In this document: positions 10,364 to 19,773 of the stretch, in pieces
How positions within the stretch are numbered: the stretch's first letter is position 1
Layout of the letters: each line of letters opens with the position of its first letter
Origin: Parcubacteria group bacterium M6-OD1-4
Lineage (GTDB): Bacteria > Patescibacteriota > Patescibacteriia > Patescibacteriales > UBA12465
Reading direction: 5' to 3'
DNA length: 64,000 bases
Assembly: GCA_003056205.1 (NCBI GenBank)
Contig: LSNS01000004.1
Coordinates: forward strand, 124,630 to 188,629
The notes under the pieces: model-generated
Databases searched by the model: none
Told to the model about the DNA's origin: nothing
What the model saw: only the letters and a program-made list of their open reading frames with translations
Translations under genes and position numbers: made by a program

Positions 10364-12727
10364 TTAAGGTTGAGTATTGCTCGCCGCACTTGAACTTGAA
10401 GTGGCTGCAGGATTGGAAATTCGACTAGGAACTAGTGGCACTGCAGCCGGCGAAGAACTTGCGGAACTAGTGCTGTTTGAACTACCGGGAGTAGTCAGTG
10501 GACTAGAAGGGGAATTTTTATTAAGCAAATTTAAAGTACTAGTTGATGATGAAGCAGAACTTTCAACGGGTATGAAAAAATAATTATTATTAAGAGTCGC
10601 TAATTTAATAGTCGCCAAGGATTTGAAATTTGTTAAATTGTTGATTTTAAGAAACTCATTAGAGAGAGTAATTAAATTATCTCCCACTATTAAACTCCGC
10701 TGAACAGTATTATGATAATAATTAATTCCATTCCAAGAGTCTTGCGGGCTAAATTGACCGGGAACAAAATGTTTAATTTTAGTTTGAAGACTAATTTTAT
10801 TACTCGCAACATTAAAAACAAAAGAACCAATAAAACTTAAATTATTATTCTGATTATGCTGATTAAATGGTAAAACTAACAAATTTCGAGTAGGAGAATA
10901 TAATAAGGCTTGATGATCTTGAAAAGCAATGGAATTACCAGTCGCTTTGCTAATTAAATAACTGGATAATTCCTGAGGCTTATTCAAATTAGAGAAATCA
11001 AATAACGACCAGGTTAGGCCCTTGGCACTCGTCCCGTCACTATAAGAAACCTCTCCTTGACGACTGAGAACGGCAAACTTAGTTCCATTAGCATCCAAGG
11101 CTTGTAAATAGTTGTCAGTCCCCGGAATTTGAATCGCTCCTAAAACTACAGGCTGGTGAAAATTAGCCAAACTAATGACAAATAGCGGATCTTGCGATTT
11201 AGAAGTAATAAAATACAAACGATTTCCCAAAAAACTAACATTAATAATTTTCTGAGTGGTCATCAAATTTTGTAAACTACCAACAATTTTCAATTGCGAA
11301 TCTAGAACATAAACATTGGTATAATAATTGTCTCCCTTTTTATTTAAATTTAAAGCCAGCGGATTACTGTTGGTGACTAAACGTAAGTAATCGCCACTCT
11401 GATTTAAAGCAGCTTGAGCGAAAATTGTGCCCCGAACTTCTGCCGAATTCTGATAAGTTAGCTGATCATTCTTAATGATGAATTTATAAAGAAAAGTTTT
11501 GTCTTGAGATTTAAAAGCCTGAATAAATTTTTGTTGAGTAATACTGGTAATTAATTTTTGCCAAGTTTTCTGTGAAGCGTCCCCTAAAGATGCTAAATAA
11601 TTATCCAAAATTTGCGTAATTTTAAGTCTCTTTTCATTATTAGTTAACAAAAATTGAGGACTTAAAGTAATCTTATTAATTTCGGTTTGAATTTTGGAAC
11701 CTAATTTTGAATAAAGTAATTTTTGTTTGGCTTGTTGTTCAAGACGATAATAGTTAGGAAACTGAGAATAAGTAATATATAGACCATTAGAACTTAAATA
11801 AAATTTCTGTTGATTGTTGGCTAAATAAACTTCTCCACTTAAGGCTTGAGTATTGTCTAGCATATTAATCGTCGTCACACTGGTGAAATTATAGGAAGAA
11901 TAAGGAATATTAAAATAATAAATTGTCGGGGTAAAACAGTTTGCCAGATCTACACAGTCATTAGATAATATCTGACCATTATTTAAAATTCGTGGTAATA
12001 GCGGTTCAGATGGTAAATAAGATACTGGGATTCTAGTAATAAAATAAAGATTATGACCAATCAAACGAGCTTTTAAATAGTGCCCTTCAAAGCTCAGATT
12101 ACGAGTCTCTTTAGGTTGAGCAGGATTGCTGAGATCAAAAATCTTCAAAAAAGTATAAATATTCTGACGTCGGAAATTCTGATAAATTGCTTGTTGTGAA
12201 ATTTGGGTATCTTGACCATAGATTGCCAAGAAGTTCCCTGACAAAATCATCGCCTGCGGATGAGATTTAAAAATAATTTTACTAACAATTTTAGCCGCTG
12301 AAGCTGGTGAAGTATTAATAATAAACAACTCGTTACGCACTAAAGCATAAACATAATTACCATTGCTCTGAATAGTATTAGCTGACCCAGCAACTAGCTT
12401 AGTTGTTTCCGGCCAAGCCCTTAAATAATTATTAGGAACATTGCGATGAGAATCAAGCGCCAGACTTGAAGATGTTGAAAAACTACTAGTTAAAGGACGA
12501 TGATTATTTAAAAACTCTGCCAATTTAGAATAATTTTTAAATTTTTCAATTTTATTATTATAAATAATCGCTGGAGTAGTTGTGGAAATAATAGTTGCCG
12601 ATTTAAGCGGAGTTTTGACAGAAGTGGGGGTGGTCTTTTTCGGACTTGTTAAAGAAAAAGAGCAAGCGCTAGTTGTTAAAGCTACTACCCCTAATATTAT
12701 AAATAAGATGAAAAATCTTTTCGACAT
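10364..12727 (-). CDS. secreted beta-propeller domain lipoprotein (Beta_propel-like)
   Basis: Lipobox-like LTTSAC; SFEGHYLKARLIG, YLRLVT, SFLGNRLYFIT...DPLFVISL...IPG..NYLQ motifs; Ser/Thr/Pro-rich termini. Confidence 0.8.
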   Translation of the reverse strand: MSKRFFILFIILGVVALTTSACSFSLTSPKKTTPTSVKTPLKSATIISTTTPAIIYNNKIEKFKNYSKLAEFLNNHRPLTSSFSTSSSLALDSHRNVPNNYLRAWPETTKLVAGSANTIQSNGNYVYALVRNELFIINTSPASAAKIVSKIIFKSHPQAMILSGNFLAIYGQDTQISQQAIYQNFRRQNIYTFLKIFDLSNPAQPKETRNLSFEGHYLKARLIGHNLYFITRIPVSYLPSEPLLPRILNNGQILSNDCVDLANCFTPTIYYFNIPYSSYNFTSVTTINMLDNTQALSGEVYLANNQQKFYLSSNGLYITYSQFPNYYRLEQQAKQKLLYSKLGSKIQTEINKITLSPQFLLTNNEKRLKITQILDNYLASLGDASQKTWQKLITSITQQKFIQAFKSQDKTFLYKFIIKNDQLTYQNSAEVRGTIFAQAALNQSGDYLRLVTNSNPLALNLNKKGDNYYTNVYVLDSQLKIVGSLQNLMTTQKIINVSFLGNRLYFITSKSQDPLFVISLANFHQPVVLGAIQIPGTDNYLQALDANGTKFAVLSRQGEVSYSDGTSAKGLTWSLFDFSNLNKPQELSSYLISKATGNSIAFQDHQALLYSPTRNLLVLPFNQHNQNNNLSFIGSFVFNVASNKISLQTKIKHFVPGQFSPQDSWNGINYYHNTVQRSLIVGDNLITLSNEFLKINNLTNFKSLATIKLATLNNNYFFIPVESSASSSTSTLNLLNKNSPSSPLTTPGSSNSTSSASSSPAAVPLVPSRISNPAATSSSSAASNTQP

Positions 12728-12760
12728 AATTAATAAGTCAATATTTAACTAACTTTGATA

Positions 12761-12769
12761 ATTATAACA
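12761..12769 (-). promoter_or_regulatory. extended -10 internal promoter upstream of the beta-propeller gene
   Basis: TGTTATAAT on minus strand, 34 nt upstream of ATG 12727. Confidence 0.45.
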
Positions 12770-12779
12770 TAAATTTTAT

Positions 12780-13841
12780 TTATTTTCTTGTTTTCCGACG
12801 ATCATCTATAAACCAAAAACCAACCACAATTAAAAGCATTAATAATAAGAGGAAGAGCAGAGCTAAAAATTTACCACGACTCTGTAAAAATAAACCGCTA
12901 AGACCAAATATTAAAGCTAAAAAATAGAAAATTAAAACAGTACTTCTCTGCCCAAGCCCCAAAGATAAAAGGCGATGATGTAAATGTTGACGATCCGCAA
13001 ACTGAAAAGGGTTTTTCCCTTGGATTAGACGACGAATAATAATCCAGACGACATCTAAGACGGGGATGCCCATAATTAATAAAGCAATGGCAATTTTACT
13101 ACCCGAAATAATTGCCAACACCCCCAAGAGATAACCCGTTAATAAAGAACCGCCTTCTCCTAAAAATATTTTAGCTGGATGCCAATTAAAAACTAAAAAA
13201 CCAAGACAAACCCCAGTTAATAAAATAGCCGCAAAGGCAATGTCTGGTTGATAATAACGCGTCGTCAAAGTAAATAGAAAAATAATGAAACCACCGATTG
13301 CTGTCATCCCTGGAACCAGGCCATCAACACCGTCTAATAATTTGGTAGTATACATCATCCCTAACAACCAAATGATAATTAATGAAGAGGAAAAAATCTT
13401 TAAATTTTGGAGGTTTAAGAAACCGCCAAAAGGATTGGTTAATCTCGCAATTTCTACACCACCAAAAATCAAAGCTAAACTCGCTAGAAGAGGAAAAATA
13501 ATTTGATAACGAGGAGAAAGCTTATATTTATCATCTAAAAAACCACCAATAATAATAATCAGAGCACCAATAAAGAAACCAATTAAATGGCTCCAGTGTA
13601 AATTACCAGCCAAAAAACGTTGGTGGAAAACAAAAAGAAAGAGAAAAAAAGTAGCAAAAATTGCCAGACCACCTAATAATGGGATAGGTCGATGATGAAT
13701 TTTTCTCCCCAGACCCGCTAAATTTCTTTGAAGTGAATCAGGTTGATCAAGAATTTTAAAATAAATTGCTAAGCGTTTTACCAATAAGGTAAAAATAATA
13801 GCGGTCAAGAAAGACGAGGAAAAAATGAAAAAATAAAACAT
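12780..13841 (-). CDS. undecaprenyl-phosphate sugar-1-phosphate transferase, WecA/TagO (MraY family)
   Basis: RKIH..PIPLLGG, GFLDDK, LLDGVDGL, FNWHPAKIFLGEGGS, ADRQHLHHRL; ~11 TM helices. Confidence 0.9.
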   Translation of the reverse strand: MFYFFIFSSSFLTAIIFTLLVKRLAIYFKILDQPDSLQRNLAGLGRKIHHRPIPLLGGLAIFATFFLFLFVFHQRFLAGNLHWSHLIGFFIGALIIIIGGFLDDKYKLSPRYQIIFPLLASLALIFGGVEIARLTNPFGGFLNLQNLKIFSSSLIIIWLLGMMYTTKLLDGVDGLVPGMTAIGGFIIFLFTLTTRYYQPDIAFAAILLTGVCLGFLVFNWHPAKIFLGEGGSLLTGYLLGVLAIISGSKIAIALLIMGIPVLDVVWIIIRRLIQGKNPFQFADRQHLHHRLLSLGLGQRSTVLIFYFLALIFGLSGLFLQSRGKFLALLFLLLLMLLIVVGFWFIDDRRKTRK

Positions 13842-13848
13842 AGTTAAT

Positions 13849-16533
13849 TTATAACTTAACTGCTTTAGCTATATTCACTTTAGCCTGAGAGTTAATAATA
13901 ACAGTATCGCGACGTTTTAGCTGACCAGCAAGAATTTTATTGGCGATAATGTCTTCTACTTTATTTTGTAATAAACGCCGTAAAGGACGAGCGCCAAATT
14001 TTGGATCATAACCTTCTTGAGCTAGAAGACGAACACCATCTTTATCAGCTTTAAGGTTAATGCCCTTTTTACTAAGATTCTTTTTAATCTTTTTCAACAT
14101 TAAAGTGGTCACGGCGACAGTGTCTTCTGGGGTTAATGGTTTAAAAACAATAATTCCATCAAAACGATTAATTAATTCTGGGCGTAAATACTTATTTAAT
14201 TGATTATTAATTAATTCCTGTTGAATTAAATTAATAGCTATTTGAGCTTTAATTTGTTCTTGAATATAAACCGCACCGATATTAGAAGTAGCAATAATGA
14301 TTGACTCGGAAAAACTAATTGTTCGTCCTTGACCATCAGTTAAACGACCATCATCTAATAACTGTAAAAATAGATTTAAAATATCGGGATTAGCTTTTTC
14401 AATTTCGTCTAATAAAATAAGAGAAAATGGTTTCTTACGAACAGCTTCAGTCAAATATCCGAGAGTGCCATCAACATCACCGATCATCTTTCGCACACTA
14501 TCAGCTGACTGATATTCACTCATATCTAAACGAATTAGATAATCCTCATCCCCAAAATAGACTTCGGAAATTGACTTTGCTAATTCGGTTTTTCCAACTC
14601 CAGTTGGTCCTAAAAATAAGAAACTAGCAATTGGTCGTTTACTGTCTTTGAGTTCGGCCCGGGCTCGTCGCAGAGAGGCAGACACCGCCTTCACTGCTTC
14701 ATCTTGACCAATTAAACGTCGATGGATTTCTGTTTCTAAATTTAACAATTTTTTGCTTTCAGAGGCAGTTACTTTACTCACTGGAATACCAGTTAATTCA
14801 CTAATGGCAGCCGCCACTTCTTCGCGGTCACAAAAACCAGACTCAGGATTATTCTGTAATTTATTGGCAGTAACAATGGCCGCTTTTTCTAATAAATCAA
14901 TCGCTTTTGAGGGCAAAAATTTATCATGTAAATAACGAGCCGAGAGATTAACTGCCGCTTCCAAGGCTCCATAGACAATATAAACATTATATTTTGCTTC
15001 GAAAATTCCGACCTTACTCTCCAACATTTGAATAGCACCATTAGTATCTGGCTCATTGATACCAATAGTGGTTAAAGCATTACCTAAGGGTTTTCCCTCA
15101 ATATAGCGAGTATAGTTCTCAGTAGTGGCTGCTGCTAAACAATAGAGAGCTCGACGTTCTAAAGCATCAGCTAAGACCTCAGACAGATCTAGGCTCTCTT
15201 CCCCACCAGAACTAATGCCAATTAAATTTTCAATATTATTAATGTAAAGAATAATATTACCAGAACGATTAATCTCATTTAAACTCGACAACAAACGTTC
15301 TTCAGCCTCACTAGCATCAGCCCCAGCAACAATTCGCGGAATATCTAGTTCCACCAAACGCTTATCTTTTAAGAAACTGGGGACATTTTCCTCCACCATT
15401 AATTGGGCTAAACCACCAACAATAGTATTCCGCCCTACTCCCGTGGAACCCACTAATAAGACACCACTATGTCCGCCAGTAAAAGCTTCAAAAATCTTTT
15501 GTAATTCTTGATCACGTCCAATACAAACATCTAAAACACCTTGTTTGGCTGAAATTGTTAAATCATGAGAAAAATGATCAAGAGCCGGAGTCGCAATTGC
15601 CGTATAGGCGCGATTCATATTATTACCCGGTTTCAGAATTGCTAAACGTCGGTAATTATGATAATTAGCAACTAATTTTTTATTCACTCTAAACCAGGCA
15701 ACAGTATTAATAATTTTAGCCTCATTAATTTTTAACTCATCGAGAATTTCGGCCAACAGTACATCGCGAGCATAACAAAAAGAAATGATGTTGAGTGGAT
15801 CAACACTCTGCTGTTTAAGTTGATAGGCATCAACAAAAGCTAAAACCAAGACTTCCTGAAGAGCTAAAGACAGGTTTTGTGGATTAGACTTTTTAGTCTG
15901 ACGGGGATTAAGAAGATGATGATCAATTAAATTAACTAATTTCTGAGCATCCACATTCAAGCGAATAAATAAATTTTGAATTTCTTTATTTTTTAACAGA
16001 GCTCGGAATAAATGGATAATTTCAACTTGCTCTTGGCGCAAACGATTAGCTAATGAATAGGCATCTTCAATAATAGCTTGACTAAGCGGAGAATAAGCTT
16101 GAGCAACATCATATTTTTTACTCGTCTTAGTATTGTTCTTGACCTTACTAAACAAACGGAAATTGATTTTTTTCAAAGCAATTTTTTCTTGACTAAAACG
16201 ATAAATAATAAACAGATCAAACCATAAAGATAATAAGAAAAATAAAATTAGGGGACTGGGACGCCGCCAAAAGAATAATAAACTAAAAGGATTGGCTAAA
16301 ATAAGTGCTTGTTCCCGAAAAACCCACAGCCCAAATAAAAACCATCCTCCAAAAATAATCAGCCAAACAATAAAAATAAAAAAACGATCAAATTGCTGAC
16401 GACTTCGTTCTAAGTTAATAATGGACCGCTTCAGAGTTCGTCCCCAAAACAAAAAACGTCCTGAAAACCAGGTACCTCGACCACCACGATCTTGTTCATC
16501 GGTAAAAATTAATTTATCAGCGTCCATATTCAC
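13849..16533 (-). CDS. membrane-anchored Clp/Hsp100-family AAA+ ATPase with degenerate first nucleotide-binding domain
   Basis: Two N-terminal hydrophobic segments, Clp-N repeats, D1 GSTGVGRN / YINNIE, intact D2 GPTGVGKTE / LLDEIEKA, GARPLRR. Confidence 0.88.
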   Translation of the reverse strand: MNMDADKLIFTDEQDRGGRGTWFSGRFLFWGRTLKRSIINLERSRQQFDRFFIFIVWLIIFGGWFLFGLWVFREQALILANPFSLLFFWRRPSPLILFFLLSLWFDLFIIYRFSQEKIALKKINFRLFSKVKNNTKTSKKYDVAQAYSPLSQAIIEDAYSLANRLRQEQVEIIHLFRALLKNKEIQNLFIRLNVDAQKLVNLIDHHLLNPRQTKKSNPQNLSLALQEVLVLAFVDAYQLKQQSVDPLNIISFCYARDVLLAEILDELKINEAKIINTVAWFRVNKKLVANYHNYRRLAILKPGNNMNRAYTAIATPALDHFSHDLTISAKQGVLDVCIGRDQELQKIFEAFTGGHSGVLLVGSTGVGRNTIVGGLAQLMVEENVPSFLKDKRLVELDIPRIVAGADASEAEERLLSSLNEINRSGNIILYINNIENLIGISSGGEESLDLSEVLADALERRALYCLAAATTENYTRYIEGKPLGNALTTIGINEPDTNGAIQMLESKVGIFEAKYNVYIVYGALEAAVNLSARYLHDKFLPSKAIDLLEKAAIVTANKLQNNPESGFCDREEVAAAISELTGIPVSKVTASESKKLLNLETEIHRRLIGQDEAVKAVSASLRRARAELKDSKRPIASFLFLGPTGVGKTELAKSISEVYFGDEDYLIRLDMSEYQSADSVRKMIGDVDGTLGYLTEAVRKKPFSLILLDEIEKANPDILNLFLQLLDDGRLTDGQGRTISFSESIIIATSNIGAVYIQEQIKAQIAINLIQQELINNQLNKYLRPELINRFDGIIVFKPLTPEDTVAVTTLMLKKIKKNLSKKGINLKADKDGVRLLAQEGYDPKFGARPLRRLLQNKVEDIIANKILAGQLKRRDTVIINSQAKVNIAKAVKL

Positions 16534-16558
16534 GGATTATTTTAATAAAAAATAGTTT

Positions 16559-16930
16559 TTATAGTCTTGAAAACTGAAACCATAGAGCATAAAGTAGAAA
16601 AATTGGAAAAGTTAACCAAACAATTATAATCAATAATAGAAATAAAGATAGAACGAGTAGGGCGGTTCCCCGAATAATGATTTGGACACTCCGCATTAAA
16701 AAACTAATTAGCCGACTGACAAAATCTCGCTGACCATACATTGGTACAAAAATATTCTTCAACCAAATAAAAAAACCCAAAGCTTCTTCTTGATTATGTA
16801 AAAATTTTCCTAGAATTAACAATAAACGTCCAAAACCAACGCTATACCACCATAATGGAAAATACAAAATTTCTCCAATAATTTGCATAATGATTTTAAC
16901 ACTATAACTTAAAAAATTATGTTCAGTCAT
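16559..16930 (-). CDS. small Trp/Phe-rich membrane protein, first gene of the Clp-like operon
   Basis: 123 aa, YFPLWWYS and KNIFVPMYGQ motifs, hydrophobic C-terminus, 25 nt upstream of the Clp-like gene. Confidence 0.8.
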   Translation of the reverse strand: MTEHNFLSYSVKIIMQIIGEILYFPLWWYSVGFGRLLLILGKFLHNQEEALGFFIWLKNIFVPMYGQRDFVSRLISFLMRSVQIIIRGTALLVLSLFLLLIIIVWLTFPIFLLYALWFQFSRL

Positions 16931-16969
16931 AAAAATTTAGAAAATAAGAATTGATAATTTTTCATTAGT

Positions 16970-17021
16970 ATTATACCATAGTAAAAGACGGATTGACAAC
17001 TCATAATTCTTATATTATGAT
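16970..17021. promoter_or_regulatory. back-to-back sigma70 promoters sharing a -35 region
   Basis: Plus: TTGACA(16993)-17bp-TATGAT(17016). Minus: TTGTCA(16999-16994)-18bp-TATAAT(16975-16970) with extended TG. Confidence 0.7.
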
Positions 17022-17026
17022 GTTAA

Positions 17027-17053
17027 TTAGCACTCTTAGTCAGAGAGTGCTAA
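17027..17053 (+). promoter_or_regulatory. CIRCE element (HrcA operator) upstream of clpB
   Basis: Perfect TTAGCACTC-N9-GAGTGCTAA just downstream of the -10. Confidence 0.95.
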
Positions 17054-17080
17054 GAAAAAACAATAATAAATACTAAATAT

Positions 17081-19717
17081 ATGTTTAATAAATTTACCGA
17101 TAAATCACAAGAAGCGATTATCAATTCGCAAGTTATTGCTTCAAATTATGGTCAAGCAAATATTGAGGCCCTCCATATTCTCTTAGCTTTATTACAACAA
17201 AGTGAGAGTCTGATAAAGCCCGTCCTCGAGAAAATGAAAATTGATCCAGAAATAATTGAAGAATACACATTGAAAGCGATTCAAAGATTACCGAGGATAA
17301 AAATTGACCCCCAAACTGGACCGCTCCAGGCGGTTTCGGGAACAGCCGAGACGGCTTTAATTTTAGAACGAGCTAAAAAAGAAGCCGACGGCATGAAAGA
17401 TGAATTTGTTTCTACAGAACACATCATGTTAGCTTTAATTGGTATTAGTTCCCCAGCCCAAGAAGTTCTCTTAAACTTCAAAGTAGAATATCAAACGGTA
17501 AAAAATATTCTCAAAGATCTCCGCGGATCGCAAACTATTACTGATCCTTTTCCAGAAAATAAATACAAAGTTTTAGAAAAATACACTACAAATCTAACTA
17601 AACTAGCGCACCAAGAAAAACTTGATCCAGTTATTGGACGAGATCAGGAGATTCGGAGAATTATGCAGGTTCTACTCCGTCGAACAAAGAATAATCCAGT
17701 TTTAATTGGTGAAGCGGGAACTGGAAAAACCGCTATTGTAGAAGGTTTAGCTCAACGAATTGTGGCTGGCGATGTTCCTGAGAATTTAAAAAATAAAGAA
17801 ATTGTTACTCTTGATTTAGGAGCTTTAGTCGCTGGTGCTAAATTTCGTGGTGAATTTGAAGACCGTTTGAAAGCGGTTTTGAAAGAAGTTAAATCACAAA
17901 ACGGTAAAATAATTCTATTTATTGATGAATTACATACTTTAATTGGAGCCGGTGGTTCTGAAGGAGCAATTGATGCCTCTAACATGTTAAAACCGGCTTT
18001 AGCACGAGGTGAATTGCGAACAATTGGAGCAACTACTACTAAAGAATACCAAAAATATATTGAACGGGATGCCGCTTTAGAACGACGTTTCCAACCTATT
18101 TATGTTAAAGAGCCCAGTATTGATGACGCGATCAGCATGTTACGGGGTTTAAAAGAAAAATATGAAGTTCATCATGGAGTGCGAATTACTGATAATGCTT
18201 TAATCACGGCAGTTAAGCTCGCTGACCGCTATATTAGTGATCGTTTCCTACCAGATAAAGCAGTGGATTTAATTGACGAAGCAACTTCTTCTTTACGTAT
18301 GGAAATTGATTCCATGCCTGATGAATTAGATCAATTAAAGCGCAAAATAAATCAATTAAAATTAAATAAAGCTGGCTTGGAAACCAATAATAAGAAATCA
18401 CCAAAACTACGTCCATTAAAAATAGAATTAGCGGGTTTAAAGGAAAAAGCGGATCAATTAGAATTACATTGGAATAATGAAAAAAATATTATCTCCCAAA
18501 TTCGCAATTCTAAAAAAGAAATAGAAGATTTGAAAATTAAGGCTGAAATTGGTCAACGCCAAGGAGCAGACTTAACGGAGGTGGCTAAAATTAAATATAG
18601 TTTAATTCCTCATCTTGAAAATAAAATTAAAGAATCACAAGAAGAATTATTAAAAATTCAAAATAAAGGACAACGAATTCTTAAAGAGGAAGTTGACGAA
18701 GAAGATATTGCTAAAGTTGTTGCCCGCTGGACTGGTATTCCGCTCAATCGGATGCTACAAGATGAAATCAGAAAATTAAGTAATATCGAAAATGAACTGG
18801 GACAAGAAATCATCGGACAAGATGACGCTATCAAAGCCGTCGCCAACGCTCTCCGTCGTAGTCGAGCCGGAATTAATGAAGAAAAAAAACCAATTGGATC
18901 TTTTATGTTTGTTGGTCCATCAGGAGTTGGTAAGACAGAATTAGCGAAAGCTTTAGCTCGTTTTATGTTTGATGATGAAAAAGCTTTAATTCGCTTAGAC
19001 ATGAGTGAATTTATGGAAAAACACTCCGTTGCTAAATTAATTGGTTCCCCTCCGGGTTATGTCGGTTATGACGAAGGAGGACAATTAACTGATAAAGTTC
19101 GCCGCCGACCATATAGTGTGGTTCTCTTTGATGAAATTGAAAAGGCTCATCCTGACATGTTTAACATGTTGCTACAGATTCTCGATGATGGACGCCTGAC
19201 AGATTCTAAGGGACGGGTAGTTAATTTTAAGAATACTATCATTATCATGACTTCCAATTTGGGAAATGAAATTATTAAACAGTATTCCATCGGTTTTTCG
19301 GATACTAATGATCAACCCAAAAATAGTAAATTACGAGAAAAAGAGATGCAAGAAAAAATTGATAAGATATTAAGAAAGAATTTTAAATTAGAATTCTTAA
19401 ACCGTATTGATGAAATTATTCTCTTTAAGAGCTTGGACCCTCAAGCCTTGGAAAAAATAGTAGACTTAGAAATACTAAAGGTAGAAAAAAGATTAAATAA
19501 TAAAAATATTACGGTTAAAGTTGGTTCAAAAATAAAAAAACTATTAGCTAAAAAAGGTTACGACATTACTTACGGTGCTCGTCCTTTAAAACGGATTATT
19601 CAAACTATGATCTTGGATGAGCTCGCAGTAGAAATTGTCAAAGGAAAGATAAAAGATGGTGATAAAGTAAAAATTAATCTCAATACTCAAGAAAAAGTAA
19701 GTTTAAAAATTAATTAA
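17081..19717 (+). CDS. clpB: ATP-dependent chaperone ClpB
   Basis: 878 aa; [22 protein letters not shown], long coiled-coil middle domain, [15 protein letters not shown]; preceded by CIRCE. Confidence 0.93.
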   Translation: MFNKFTDKSQEAIINSQVIASNYGQANIEALHILLALLQQSESLIKPVLEKMKIDPEIIEEYTLKAIQRLPRIKIDPQTGPLQAVSGTAETALILERAKKEADGMKDEFVSTEHIMLALIGISSPAQEVLLNFKVEYQTVKNILKDLRGSQTITDPFPENKYKVLEKYTTNLTKLAHQEKLDPVIGRDQEIRRIMQVLLRRTKNNPVLIGEAGTGKTAIVEGLAQRIVAGDVPENLKNKEIVTLDLGALVAGAKFRGEFEDRLKAVLKEVKSQNGKIILFIDELHTLIGAGGSEGAIDASNMLKPALARGELRTIGATTTKEYQKYIERDAALERRFQPIYVKEPSIDDAISMLRGLKEKYEVHHGVRITDNALITAVKLADRYISDRFLPDKAVDLIDEATSSLRMEIDSMPDELDQLKRKINQLKLNKAGLETNNKKSPKLRPLKIELAGLKEKADQLELHWNNEKNIISQIRNSKKEIEDLKIKAEIGQRQGADLTEVAKIKYSLIPHLENKIKESQEELLKIQNKGQRILKEEVDEEDIAKVVARWTGIPLNRMLQDEIRKLSNIENELGQEIIGQDDAIKAVANALRRSRAGINEEKKPIGSFMFVGPSGVGKTELAKALARFMFDDEKALIRLDMSEFMEKHSVAKLIGSPPGYVGYDEGGQLTDKVRRRPYSVVLFDEIEKAHPDMFNMLLQILDDGRLTDSKGRVVNFKNTIIIMTSNLGNEIIKQYSIGFSDTNDQPKNSKLREKEMQEKIDKILRKNFKLEFLNRIDEIILFKSLDPQALEKIVDLEILKVEKRLNNKNITVKVGSKIKKLLAKKGYDITYGARPLKRIIQTMILDELAVEIVKGKIKDGDKVKINLNTQEKVSLKIN

Positions 19718-19773
19718 GTAAAGACCTGAGAGAAGTTTTTGTTCTAAATCAGAAAATATACTATAATACCACC

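Noticed and set aside
10364..10570. Ser/Thr/Pro-rich tail of the beta-propeller gene as a DNA tandem repeat
   Set aside because: Protein-level low complexity with no regular nucleotide repeat unit
12780..13841. WecA-like protein as another dead enzyme (N->K before LLDGVDG; GD->GE)
   Set aside because: Key DD, DGxDG and HLHH motifs are retained, so it is probably active
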